A stretch of 64,000 bases of DNA from Octopus bimaculoides (taxonomy: Eukaryota): the NCBI RefSeq assembly GCF_001194135.2, contig NC_068987.1, forward strand, positions 19,284,210 to 19,348,209, read 5' to 3'. A program made the translations under genes and the position numbers. This document shows, one piece after another, positions 32,908-45,405 of this stretch. Below the pieces are notes generated by a model. The model was given only the letters and a program-made list of their open reading frames with translations. It searched no databases and had not been told where the DNA came from. Numbering within the stretch: the stretch's first letter is position 1; each line of letters opens with the position of its first letter.

Positions 32908-35826
32908 ATATACTGGTGTTTCTATACTTTGTGTCATGTGGAATGAAAGCTTCAAAAAAAAAAAAAAAATAATAATAATAATAATAATATTGGTCCCTGA
33001 ATGGAATCATACCAATTCTAGTCTGGTCTTCAAAGTGATTATTGAGGATCTTGATGATATTTTTTATTTATCTATTATGACAATTCTTTCAAAATCTATT
33101 CTTGATAAAATAAATAATTTTGCAAATAAAATCTCCGAGAGGAGATGTCTGTGTGTTTTAATTATCAGCTGCTGTCAGACATTCAGAAATTAATCAGAGA
33201 CAATTAGAGGGGTAGAGATTAGTTGTTGTTTAGCTCCAGATCAGGCTTCTTCCAGAATTATTACCAAAAGGTATACCAGCCTAAATGCTTCCATTATATT
33301 GTCTTTGATAGACATATCTAGGAATACACAATCTAATCCTTTCCTCAATTTCTTTGGCAGAGTGTGATTTGAAGAATTTTGGCTATTGTTTCAGGTTGAG
33401 CAACCACATACAATCTCCATTGCTGGCTTGAGAGAGAGAGAGAGAGAAAGTAGTTAAATTGATTACGTGCTAAACTATTGGTACAAAAAGGCCCATGAAT
33501 TTCAAATATTGCCTCAGAGAGTAAACTTTTGATCTTTATTAGAGTGAAGTACAACATATTTGCTCTTTTCCACACCACCGTGGATTCATTTCAATTGTAG
33601 CTTTGTGAATCAAAGCAGTAGATAAAACAAAAATTAAAATTCTTAAGAAATAATGAAATATGGAAATCCATTTGCAGATATGAGTGACAAATATGCCTAA
33701 TGATCAAGTAGCTTGAAGACTGGTAATCAAAGACCACAAAATGAAATAGGGTCACTTTCACTTGTGAATTATATGGTTATTGAATTTAGAGTATTATCTA
33801 GAAACATTCCAGCAGCTCAGCTGTTGATGACATGTTCAATTCTAATTGTCCCAGGATATACTATTTTGGGGCCAGACATATAACGTAAGAATTCAGATAG
33901 ATGAGAACCAATGTACCCAAACTTCCTGCAGAACAACAAATGGATTTTTTTTTTTTTAAACACCTCTCATTCCTTTTAAGTCTTCTCCAATTTCCTTTTG
34001 CAACTTCTGAGAAGATGGCAATGTAAATGAAATGGAATGGAAAACTAGGTACTGAATTAGAAAGGGCAGATAAAGGAGTACATGAAAAATGGAACTAGAA
34101 TGGTTGATGGGAAATTGTAAAAGTAACTGAAGTCTAATTATTTACACTCGAGGAGTTAGATCAGACAAGGGCACTAAATGTTACAGCATGGCCACAATTG
34201 AATCTTGTAAAAGAATAACACTGCATCTTTGGATTTACCTGTGCCTTGTTCATGGCAATCCTCCTTTCAATTATAATAAGATAAACATTTTTTTTTTGTT
34301 TATAGAGAAGACTTTGCAAGTGATCAGTGTCAACCATTACAAACCAACCCAAGGAATGGAGGGGGACATTATGTGGTTTTTCAACCTGCTAGAAATAGTA
34401 ACCAAATCTCCTTCAAAGAAGGAAGGACAGCGGATAATGCAGTTCTAGATACATTATGTCTAAAACGATTAAGGAGAGAGAAACAGAGGTAGTCATGGCT
34501 GAAACATCTTTGAATGTAGATTTACTTTGACCCAGGGCTAATGACAGCAACAGACTTATAATAATGATGATGGTGTGACATGCAAGAGTTTTGCAAAACT
34601 TCAAAACAATAATAATAATCATAATTATTATATTTGTCTTTATTAGTTGGTAAAAAAATAAATGGTAATTAAATATGAACAATCCTTTGTATAATTTTAA
34701 AAAGTCATGGATGTTTAATCATGAATTGGTTGAAACAAAAAAAAAAAAATCCACGAATAATGACATGATTCGTGAATGACTGACAATTGACGAATGATTA
34801 ATCAATTATTTCATGGATATTTATGAAGAGGTAATTCATAATTTGTGACTTAAGGATTCTGATTAGATGATCCATCAGAGCAAGATAGCTTGGTATCATC
34901 TTGACCGGTATTCACTTCAGAAATGTACAAAGAGACATTAAATTTATGTATTATGACGATGATGATTTTATATGTATACTTACATATATATATAAAAAAC
35001 CAAAAAGAAGAAAATACTTTGAGAACTTGATGATGGATATTAGAAAGAGTATATTTTTCATCAGACTATGTTACCAGTTTCAATCATTTTAAAAAGAGAT
35101 TTAGTCATGCTGAAAGATATCAGTTCTGGGTGTTCAAATGTATGTTTTCCTCACAAAATTCACAGGGTGCTGGGTGTGAGTTTTCTTCTAATGCCTGCTG
35201 TATCATAATAGTAGCAATAAGTTTGAGCTGTGGTTGTTGTTCTTTGTTATTAAGAAGTAACTGCTAAATGTAGAAGCAGCAGCTATGCTAGTAGCCATAG
35301 TAGTGACTATCAGTCTAATTTGTAGAAGCCACAGTGGTATTAGCTTCAGCAATAGAAGCTACAGTTGTAGTAGCAATAATTTTAGTAGTTGTCTCCCACA
35401 GTTATTTAGAAGTGATCAGTACTTTGGTCATGAAAACTGTTTCTTTATCAATGTGTAAATTTTGTGCAACTGCTCATTCTGCATAAGGGGGTGATAGTAA
35501 AATTTTGCATTGAAGCCTACATTGTATTCCCATATTTTAATTTAATTTAAAATACAAAAGTATTGAACTCAGTGAACTTAGACACATATGCAGGTCAGAA
35601 ACAAGAAAATTCTACAGCCTTCCTCTTATACCAATGTAACAATTGCACAAAAACAACACATTGAAAAAGAAACAGCTTTCATAAGCAAACACCAACAACC
35701 GGGGGGGGGGAGGAAGGGAGACAACTATTAAAACTGCTGTAGATGTTACAGCTACTCCTTGAAGAGTCAGTACTACAACTATTACTGAAGCTGCTACTTC
35801 TTAATGGACCACTTCCACTGCTTTAA

Positions 35827-36016
35827 CCCTTTCGCATTCAGATTATTCTGCCAAATGCAATGCTTATTCAGTTTTAAATTCAACAAAATCTCAAAGCTAT
35901 GAGTATGTGAGCATTTATTTGTAGAATGACATTGTAGGTTATGTGTGAGAGATTTGATCTGTCCTATTTGAACATAGGACAGGTAGATTATATTGGCCAG
36001 TTTAAATGTTAAAGGG
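35827..36016. mobile_element. piggyBac-like MITE, family 2
   Basis: TTAA|ccctttcgcatt ... aatgttaaaggg|TTAA; siblings at 47211-47407 and 51388-51608. Confidence 0.78.
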
Positions 36017-36439
36017 TTAACTGTCACTACTACTATCCAGTAGCCATCCAAAAGAAACCAACTGCAGCACCATGTGAATTTTGTAAGAAAGATATGAACT
36101 TCCAGAATTGATATGAAAGATTAATTTATTTTCCTTTATTTCCTAACAGGACTAAATCTTTTAAAATGATTGAGACCAGTTGCTTAGATTGATAAAAATG
36201 TTTAAGTTTCTTTTATGTATGACAAAGTTCTCAAAGCATTTTCTTTCAGTAATATAAATTTATTCATGTGAAATCTCTCAACCTTTACAATATATGTAAA
36301 TTTTTACAAGGAAAAGACTGGTTTATGCCTGATACTTATGTTGGGAAGGAGAAAACAGAGACCAATAACATAGAAGATATCTGAAAGTTTCTATAAGACA
36401 ATGTGTTGTGAACCACAAACCTGATTCCTGGTTGAAGCA

Positions 36440-37165
36440 AGGTTCCAATTATACAGATGGTAACATGGTGAAGGAATAATATGGCAAATAGAGCCATAAA
36501 AGCTAAGAGCAAGGCATGGAAAGAATGGAAGAAAGCTGGAAACTAGAAACATTAACAACTGGAGATAGATATTAGACATATCTAGCAAGGAGAGAAGTTG
36601 AATGTAAGAGGTTTTCCAATGTTCTGTGATGTGAGGATCAGAGGTATAAGAGAGTCCAGGTTGCAGAGTGTTTTTTCAGTATGTTTTTTGATGAAAATGT
36701 GTATGTAATAATAGCAGCACATTTGCTCTCAATGACACCAAAATGGGAGAAGTATGGAAAAGTAGATAGTGAGGTGATTGCATGTGTACAAAGTGAAATG
36801 TTGTATGGTAGCAAAACATGAGCATTGAATGAGGAGATTAACTGAAAGTTGAAAAGAAATTAGGTGAGCACACTCTGCTAAATGCATATTTGTGTCCACA
36901 GATGATGGAATGTAAATGAGCTGAATTGAAAAGCTGAGAATAAAAGGAATCGGATGTAGTATGCCAGAAAGAAGACTGAACTGATATGGACATATGATTC
37001 ATGCGGAGGATGGCAGTCAGGTTAAGAAATGCGAAGAGATACAAGTAGATAGAAATTGCAGAAGAGGAAGAACTAGTGAAAAAAAGTTGGCCCTCATAAA
37101 GAAAATAACAAAATGTCACAACAAGTGGCAAGATGCTGTGCTGAAGAAGATCCTTCCAACCCATA
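36440..37165 (+). mobile_element. Degraded RTE LINE with the RT core missing
   Basis: VTW*RNNMANRAIKAKSKAWKEWKK (pre-RT) lies about 250 bp before ACVQSEMLYGSKT*...ERRLN*YGHMIHAEDGSQVKKC (post-RT). Confidence 0.7.
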
Positions 37166-38299
37166 AAACAAGGAAAAATGAACATAAAATGATGGTGATG
37201 ATAATGATATTAGAAGCCAAAGTTTCTTGAATCTTGATCTGAGTTTTATGTTTTTGATTAAATGCTTGCAATGGGGAAACAGAGTGACGATATATGTAAG
37301 TAAACATATGCAAAAATACTTTGAAATATGATTAGCTAGCTACATCTGGATTTAATTGGTTGCCAGAAACAAAAAAGCAAAAAAAAGCATAACATTAGAA
37401 AACATGCTATACATTCATCCATCATTCTCACATGCAGAACACATTTTCATCTATTCATGTCATCAGAGTTATTTATAAACACATAAGCAAGTGGCTATAA
37501 TTGATAAATATTTAATGTTCAGCAACCATTTTCTTTGCTAATGTGTTCCCATACACGATAATGAAATCATAAAAATATCATGACACTCACTAAATACACA
37601 TGATGCATTTTTTTTGTTTTGTTTTGTTTTGGCAACTAATTAAATCCAAACGTCTTGTTGGCTCGTGAGATTTCAATATTTTTGCTTCTATGACATACAG
37701 CTTCATCATCATCATCGTTTAACGTCCGCTTTCCATGCTAGCATGGGTTGGACGATTGTATGCTTTAATCTTTTATGCAATCAGAAATATGAAACTCAGA
37801 GTTAGAATTCATGAAGCTTCAACTTCAAGTAAAATATATACACAGTCTGCTGTATGGATTTTTCCTTTTTGTTTGCAAACAGGCTTACCAATCAAGATAT
37901 ATATATATGTATATATATACATACAAATAGATAGATATACATACATACATACACACAGACCCATACACATACAGACGGTGAGTCAACAGTCACAAAGTAT
38001 AAAAATGCAGTTGGTGCCAGAGCTGAAGTCAGATTATGCCAATAGACTGCAAATATGCAGTCAGACTTCTTGAGTTTTGGCACACTCTAAATATTAGATA
38101 CACATATATACACACACACACACACTATGTGTGTATATATACATAGTGCATATCTAAGTTTTATGTGTGTGTTCATAGACAAGCATCATTGTTTTAAAAG
38201 TGGACGTTAAAATGATAATAATGTATGTCTATAGAGGCACATAACTGCCTTTAAATACACACCATTATACATATATGCATGTATGAGTGTTTGTGTGTG

Positions 38300-38347
<48 letters not shown>

Positions 38348-38470
38348 AACACTCATACATGCATGTACATACAAACACCTGCCTATAACACATATACCCA
38401 AATATACTTAAACAGATGAGTGGATATGTCACATACACATAACCCTTACACACTAACAGCAAAGCCTTTA

Positions 38471-38682
38471 CTATCGAACACGTTTAGAATGCTGTGGCAG
38501 CCAGTGAGCTAAGTGGATGGTGTTGTTGTCAGTGGCAAAGGCAAGTGAGGGACCAAGTCCAGAGTCTGTAATGTCCAAACTGAGTACATGTTCCTGGCCA
38601 GAGTGGAGAATGTAGAGAGGTGCAGTCAAATCAATATTTATCCAATCCTTGTCAGTTTCCAAACGATAAATGTACACGATAC
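38471..38682 (-). CDS. F-box/WD40 protein exon 6 (terminal), stop TAG
   Basis: cattttattgcag|GTATCG, phase 1; GIVYIYRLE...HVLSLDITDSGLGPSLAFATDNNTIHLAHWLPQHSKRVR*. The six exons sum to 1185 nt = 394 aa + stop. Confidence 0.87.
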
Positions 38683-38735
38683 CTGCAATAAAATGACAGA
38701 AACACTGTAAATATATTATGATTAGTTTTTACAGT

Positions 38736-38850
38736 GGAAGAGGGAGACCCAAGAAGACATGGCATGAAGTATTGAAGGGCAATCTCCAAATGCTGAACCT
38801 TATGAAGGAGACGAGCAAGGACCGAGATATGTGGTGCATTGTTGTACCTA
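38736..38850 (+). mobile_element. RTE ORF2 C-terminal fragment in intron 5 of the F-box gene
   Basis: GRGRPKKTWHEVLKGNLQMLNLMKETSKDRDMWCIVV. Confidence 0.75.
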
Positions 38851-39753
38851 AAAAAGACCAGCCTACCACAACAGAATTGAGGTCCTAAAACTAAGGAGCC
38901 GCAAACAAAACATTGGTGTGGGTTGCTGGTGTTATGAGGTCCCACCGAAGCCATATTTGTAAATTCATCATCATTTCACGTATGCATATTCATGCTAACA
39001 GGAGTTTGATGGAATTTGTTGAGGTGGATTTTTTACAGCTGGATGCCTTTCCTGTTGCCAAGGTAATATTCCTCATGACTAGACATTTTTACAGAATATT
39101 GGAAATGAAAGACACTGTTCGCATGACAGTAACACAATTGTCACAAATCAGAGCAAGGAGATGGCCCCTCTCTCTCGCTCACACACAAAATGCCAATCTT
39201 TGTTGTATAAATAATGTGTTTTTAGCATGGTTTCTACAGCTGGAGGCCCTTCAAATTGCCAACTACTTTACAGTGTGGATTAGATACTATTTATTGTGCA
39301 ATTAATGAGGTTACCTTCCAAGACTAAACATACAGTTACACTAGACAGACTGGTTTCACTTGTAGTGTCCACTTCTCTTACATTTTTTTTTGTAATAAAT
39401 GAGAGAATGGATAAAATATAAGATTACAAAATCATTAGTCAAATGTTTAAAATGCATTACAGTGACTTACATTCCCCAGTTCACTTCATTGTCAAAAATA
39501 AGTACTAGACCACATGGAAATATCACCCACAATGAACTAGCATCTTATCCAGGAGCAAATTTATCTGCCATCTTTTTAACACTGTAAAACTGAAGCTAAT
39601 TACTATCTCAAACTTATCAGTTCGTCAGATACATTTGTAATATTGTTTTTACAGAATTGCTCCAGCATGACCACAGCCTTCTGGATAGGACCAATAAGGA
39701 CAAAAATTCATCTGATTTTTCCCCAAATAATCATACTTAACAACAACAAAATG

Positions 39754-40117
39754 TTAGGGACAGGTATGGCTGCAGACCTGAGAAGCATGCTTCCCAAACA
39801 TGTGGTCCTGGATTTAGTCCCACTGCACAGCATCTTGGGCAAGTGTCTTCTACTGTGGCCCCAGGCCAGCCTAAGCCTCATGAGTCGATTTCATAGGCAG
39901 ACACTGAAAAAAGCCTGCCTTTTACATTGTGTGTGTGTGTGTGTGTTGTGTTTCTTTCCAGTCACCACTTGACAACTGGTGTTGGTTAGTTTCTATTCCT
40001 GTAACTTAGAGGTTCAGCAAAACAGGCCGACAGATTTACTGGAGTCAATCTATTCAACTAAATTCTTCAAGGTGAGACCCCAGCATGACCACAATCCAAT
40101 TACTGAAACAAGATAAA
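39754..40117 (+). mobile_element. SINE family A, old CpG-decayed copy
   Basis: catcttgggcaagtgtcttctactgtggcc ... tactgaaacaagataaaa. Confidence 0.82.
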
Positions 40118-40539
40118 AAATTTTTTTCAATCCCTCACCTGCCTTGACACCAATAGCAAGTATTGGTCCCCACAGAGATATATATTCTGGAGTTCTTGTA
40201 AGATCGTGAAATATATTTTTCTCCACACAGCATTTGTCGTTAGAGTAGACAGACAGAGTATGTTTTCCTGTGAAAATAATATGGAGTATATGTAACAAAG
40301 TTTCAAAATGTTTTGTTGGGAGAAAATAGGGAATTGAAGGGAAAAAAAGACTCATATAGAGCTATATTCAATGTGCAATTTCTTTCTATTCTGTTACAGA
40401 ATCAAAAGAAATATCTGATCCACTATTAAAGTTTTAACAAATGAAAACAAATTCTATTTTATATATTTCGCAGATGGAAATATAGATGCTGAACTGCTAG
40501 GATACAGGGGTATAAACAAGCAATAGTGGGGGACAAACA

Positions 40540-40900
40540 CTGGCTCCCGTGCTGGTGGCACATAAAAAGCACCATTTGAGCGTTGTTGATGCCAGTGACA
40601 TGTAAAAAGCCCCATTTGAGCGTGATCGATGCCAGTGCTGTCTGACAGGCCCCCATGCCAATGGCACATAAAAAGCACCCAATACACTCTCGGAGTGGTT
40701 GGCATTAGGAAGGGCATCCAGCTGTAGAAACCTTGCCAGATCACATTGGAGCCTGGTGCAGCCTCCTGGCTTGCCAGTCCTCAGCCAAACCATCCAACCC
40801 ATGCCAGCATGGAAAGCGAACGTTAAACGATGATGATGAATGTGTTGCACATAATACTGTAATAAACAAGCATGGAAAGCGGATTTTAAACGATGATCAT
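40540..40900 (+). mobile_element. RTE 3'UTR copy with internal cacataaaaagcacc repeats and a duplicated tail
   Basis: Ends gcatggaaagcgaacgttaaacgatgatgatg; a second tail sits at 40870-40900. Confidence 0.8.
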
Positions 40901-41224
40901 AGAATTTCTGTCTGCCAAATTTACTTGCAAAGCATTAGTCAACCTTGGGCTACAGTAAAACATACTTGCCCAAAGGGCTGAACCTGAAACCACAGAGTTG
41001 AGAAGTAAACTTCTTAACCACACAGCTATGCCACCAAACATGTATAATAATTAATGAACACCATGATGGTTACTCCACTCCAGGAGCCTTAATCCATCCT
41101 CTTTCTTTGTACTATATCTATAGCCTCCATCATCATTCATAGACATGAAAGTATATTCTACCAAATACTATCACCACCCTCTCACAAAATCTCCCTTATC
41201 ACAATATAATGAACTCTGACCTAC

Positions 41225-41372
41225 CTGACAAACACAGAAGACGATCACCACAAAGTACGATTTGCTGTACTGGTCCAGATGTTGAGAGTACATTGAAGGG
41301 TAAAAGATAACGTTTGTGGGTCTCAGTTAGTTCCCAGATATATATATTGCCCTCGTCATCACCAGATGCAAC
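41225..41372 (-). CDS. F-box/WD40 protein exon 5 (absent from the ORF track)
   Basis: tttttctttag|GTTGCA ... TGTCAG|gtaggt; 148 nt, phase 0 to 1; VASGDDEGNIYIWE is a canonical WD40 end. Confidence 0.9.
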
Positions 41373-42401
41373 CTAAAGAAAAATTAAAAGATATGTCATC
41401 ATCTGAAATAAAAATTCGAATGAAAAATCATTTGTTTTACATACATTTTTCTATGCTAGTATGAAGCATTTTTACAGCTGGATGTCCTTTTTGTTGCCAA
41501 CCCTTACATATTTTTCAAGTAAGGAATTTTCTTTTTCCCCATGGCTTCAAAGGCATGAAGCAAGAAAACAAGTTACTGGCAGGAGTGCCAACAACAACAC
41601 CAGTTGAATAACTTAGTAAGCCCCAATGTAAATGTAGAAACTCGCTCGTTCCCTCCCTCACTCACACACACACACACACGATGAGCTTTTTTTGCAAGTT
41701 TTCAGCTAACAAATCCACTCGCAAGACTTTGGTTGCCCCGGGGCTCTAGCAGAAGACATTGGCCTGAGGTAGTGTGCAGTGGGACTAAACATGAAACCAT
41801 GAACTTGAGAAGTGACAATATGTGCATCTCTGATCATGATCAGGACTAGATAGATGGGGAGCATCATAGCCATGTGTTGAGAGGGATTCTTTGTGGTTTA
41901 AATAACATGTAACAAAAACAAAGTTTGAAGGAAATATTAGTCATTTTTCATACTTTCTAACGGTAAGCAAATAGGAAATAACAGTTGCTACCCAAGGACA
42001 AAAACCATACTATCATTATTTAACGCTCATGTTCTATGCTGCCATGGGTTGGACAGTCTGGCAGGATCCAATGGGCTCAAGGGCTGTGTTGTACCAACCG
42101 CTTTATAGCATGTACTGGATACCAGCACTAATGAGGTCACAATGCAACTTGCAAGACTAAGATCCTCTTTGGGTAGGACCACAGGATAGAGGGAGGTGGC
42201 TTTACACTATGGGATGAGGGTTAAAGTGAGAGAGAAAGATCCAGCATAGAATGTGTACTGGATGCTTCCTTTGTGCTTCCAGCACTAGTTCAGAAAATGA
42301 AATACCAAAGGAGAACATGGATGATTCAAAAGATAACAAAACAACAATTGTGTATTCATATATCAGTTAAAGTGTAGTGTGCAACAAAACCAGGCACCTA
42401 C

Positions 42402-42558
42402 CTTATTTTTCCAAAGACATGTGGCTGTTATGTTTGATGAACCATGCCCTAGCAGGTGAAAACATCTGACAATGTTGAAATCTGGTGTAAGAGTGAATAC
42501 CCACTGGCCGTGAAGTATAGTATCCTGGTTTCCAGTCACAAAGTTGGATCCCCAGGAA
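42402..42558 (-). CDS. F-box/WD40 protein exon 4
   Basis: ttttattgcctag|TTCCTG ... AATAAG|gtaggt; 157 nt, phase 2 to 0; SWGSNFVTGNQDTILHGQW...HLLGHGSSNITATCLWKNK. Confidence 0.88.
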
Positions 42559-42944
42559 CTAGGCAATAAAACAAACAACAAGAGGATGTAAAAACAATGT
42601 AACATGGAAAATATAATTTAAAAAACAGCATTTCACACATTAGCACGATAAATTCTTAATTTGTTATGATTTCTTTTGTGGATAAGGAAAATAAACGAAA
42701 ACCTAGTGGTGATAACCACTGTAGATCAGGAAGGGAGATGATTTTAAGAAATTAAGAATAATTTCTCAACATCAAAATACAGAGCAATTTAGGTATGTTA
42801 GTAAATTAATTTAGCATTTGAACCTGAGACAGCACATGTACAAAAGTGGTTCTGTTGGCAAGGAGTATGATGTAATCAGATTATCACAGTAAACATTATT
42901 ACGGCCTCACAAGAAAGTCCAGTCACATGAAACCAATGTTTTAT

Positions 42945-43112
42945 CTTTTACTTGTTGCAGCTATTAGACTGTGTCCATGCTGGGGCACAACCTTAAAAGG
43001 GTTTAGTCAGACAAATCAACCCCAGTACTTATTTGTAAGTTAGGTACTAATTCTATCAATCCCTTTGCTGAACCGCTAAGATACAAGGATGTCAACTAAC
43101 CAATTCTGGTTG
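42945..43112 (-). mobile_element. SINE family A, 3' fragment
   Basis: atcttttacttgttgcag ... gaaccgctaag. Confidence 0.75.
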
Positions 43113-43129
43113 TTATATATATTTATATA

Positions 43130-43671
43130 CAGTGGTGGGCACAGGTAACCAGAAAGTGAGCTTCGCTAACTGCTAATCTACTAACTAAATAAGTTGGCTT
43201 TACAAACGCTAAACAGGTAAAAAAATGAGCAAAAGCTAACGCTAACTGCTAACTTTTATCAAATGAATTTAGTTTCAGTTTGATTTTCTGGCTCTAAACC
43301 CCTAAAAACAGACCTAGAGAACTTAAATTTTCATGTTGTAGCTTAGACATAGAGCTTTCCAAAAAGGTATAGCATACCAAAATCAAATGACGATCAAGGT
43401 GTATGCAAATAAATGAACAAATGAAATTAAACATTAGTTTTTCAGTCAACATACATTTTATTTACTGTTCAAAAAGTATTAAACGAATCAAAATGGTATA
43501 ATATGGGATAAGTATCATGCCAAGATCAGATGATGATCAAACTATACTACTCTGGCTGGGCTTTCTCCATTGCCTCAATGTGATGCTGGCTGCCCTTCAT
43601 AAGCATCAACCTCTCAAAGTTACCATCTGACAGGGTAGCTATTAGCAGATTAGTGGAACCGTACCCACCAC

Positions 43672-43673
<2 letters not shown>
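43130..43673 (-). mobile_element. Non-autonomous hAT derivative with a transposase C-terminal remnant
   Basis: TIR cagtggtgggcac/gtacccaccactg (12/13); flanks tttatata/tgtgtata. 43633-43547 (-) encodes LSDGNFERLMLMKGSQHHIEAMEKAQPE*. Confidence 0.75.
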
Positions 43674-43712
<39 letters not shown>

Positions 43713-43956
43713 CAACCCATGCTAGCATGGAAAGCGGACGTTAAACGATGATGATGATGATGATATATATATCAAGTTTAAATAGAGCTCAAAACTGATC
43801 CATTGAAAATACTTTATTATAATAATAATAATAATGATGAAAATGACCTATGAACATTTCGATGGAACATCCAGAATGATTAATACATATAAAATATTAT
43901 AAAATATAGGATACTCCATCTCCTCGGGGTCCCATTATTATTGCTATTATTATTGC

Positions 43957-43988
<32 letters not shown>

Positions 43989-44095
43989 GTCGTAGTAGTA
44001 GTAATATACACCCAATAAAAACAGAAAACATTCAAATCCAATTTTCATAGTTGACCCATGAAAATATACAAAACAGGATGAAAAGGTATCGGACG

Positions 44096-44126
<31 letters not shown>

Positions 44127-44286
44127 TATATGTATTTATTACATGCACCAGGCAGAACACCTCCAAGATCAAGTCATTCTTCCAGCTCAGTGTAGTCTGG
44201 CTATTTACCATTAAGGTAACCTTGTGCACACCCTGGAAGTGCTGCCTTAAATCAACCAAAGTATCTTCAAAATAAAAGTCATTTAC

Positions 44287-44425
44287 CTGATTGATGTTAC
44301 AATTGTTGAATGGGACAGGCAGCGGGTCATTCTGTGTTCTGATCTGTATGTAGTGTACAACAGTTCTCGGTCATCTGAGCCCGATATAATGGTGAAGGAG
44401 GTAGTCTTGCCATTTTTCAGATTAG
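44287..44425 (-). CDS. F-box/WD40 protein exon 3 (absent from the ORF track)
   Basis: aacag|CTAATC ... ATCAG|gtaaat; 139 nt, phase 1 to 2; SNLKNGKTTSFTIISGSDDRELLYTTYRSEHRMTRCLSHSTIVTSI, open frame with a WD-like IISGSDD. Confidence 0.85.
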
Positions 44426-44494
44426 CTGTTCATTACCATGGAAACAAGAATAAAATGAGACTATAATCAGAAACAGAAAGATAAAAGACATATA

Positions 44495-44804
44495 CTCTTT
44501 TACTTGTTTCAGTCATTTGACTGCAGCCATGCTGGAGCACCGCCTTTTAGTCGAGCAAATCGACTCCGGGACTTATTCTTTGTAAGTCTAGTACTTATTT
44601 TATTGTTTTTTTTTGCTGAACCGCTAAGTGACGGGGACATAAACACACCAGCATCGGTTGTTAAGCAATGATAGGGGGACAAACACAGACACACACACAT
44701 ATATATATATATGACGGGCTTCTTTCAGTTTCCATCTACTAAATCCACTCACAAGGCTTTGGTCGACCCGAGGCTATAGTAGAAGACACAAGCCCAAGAT
44801 GCCA
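44495..44804 (-). mobile_element. SINE family A, 5'-truncated, about 70 bp from the exon 3 acceptor
   Basis: Near-consensus body and tail. Confidence 0.9.
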
Positions 44805-45258
44805 ACAGTTTGCAGATAGAAAACATTATATGCAATGATGGCTATAGGCTATGAACTACCCAGTCATTATATGAGAAGATGGCTATAGGCTGTGGACTAT
44901 CCAAAAAGTTCTGTCTTTTATAATTACTTGCTGAAGACAATGATCTACTTTGATGACAAATATAGTCTGAACATTTTCGGATGCAGTTGGCAGGTCATAC
45001 CTGTTCTTGCAGCCACTGTCAGTAGGCCTCCCTCCTCAATCTCAGATGAGGGCTGATGGTGGGAAGAGCCACTGGCTGAAGAATATCTGCCCCCATGAAC
45101 TCCATCTGACCATGCAAGTACACACTCACACACACATATATACACTTATTTGCCTTGTATTCTACATGTGCTAGCCTTCCCGAGGTTGATGCTCCGCATG
45201 CACTACACTGGTTATTGGAGTTGAGTGTGGAATGTAGTAAACCAGTGATTGACTTGTA

Positions 45259-45405
45259 CCGTAACTTAGCGATTCGGCAAAAGAGGCCGATAAAATAAGT
45301 GCTAGGCTTACAAAGAATAAGTCCTGGGGTTGATTTGCTCAACTAAAGGCAGTGCTCCAGCATGGCCACAGTCAAATGACTGAAACAAGTAAAAGAGTAA
45401 AAGAG
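45259..45405 (+). mobile_element. SINE family A, 3' fragment
   Basis: ccgtaacttagcgattcggcaaaaga ... gtaaaagagtaaaagag. Confidence 0.85.

Noticed and set aside
35180-35400. Ser/Ala-rich coding repeat
   Set aside because: Decayed (GTA/GCA)n trinucleotide tract with stops; same for 61620-61800.
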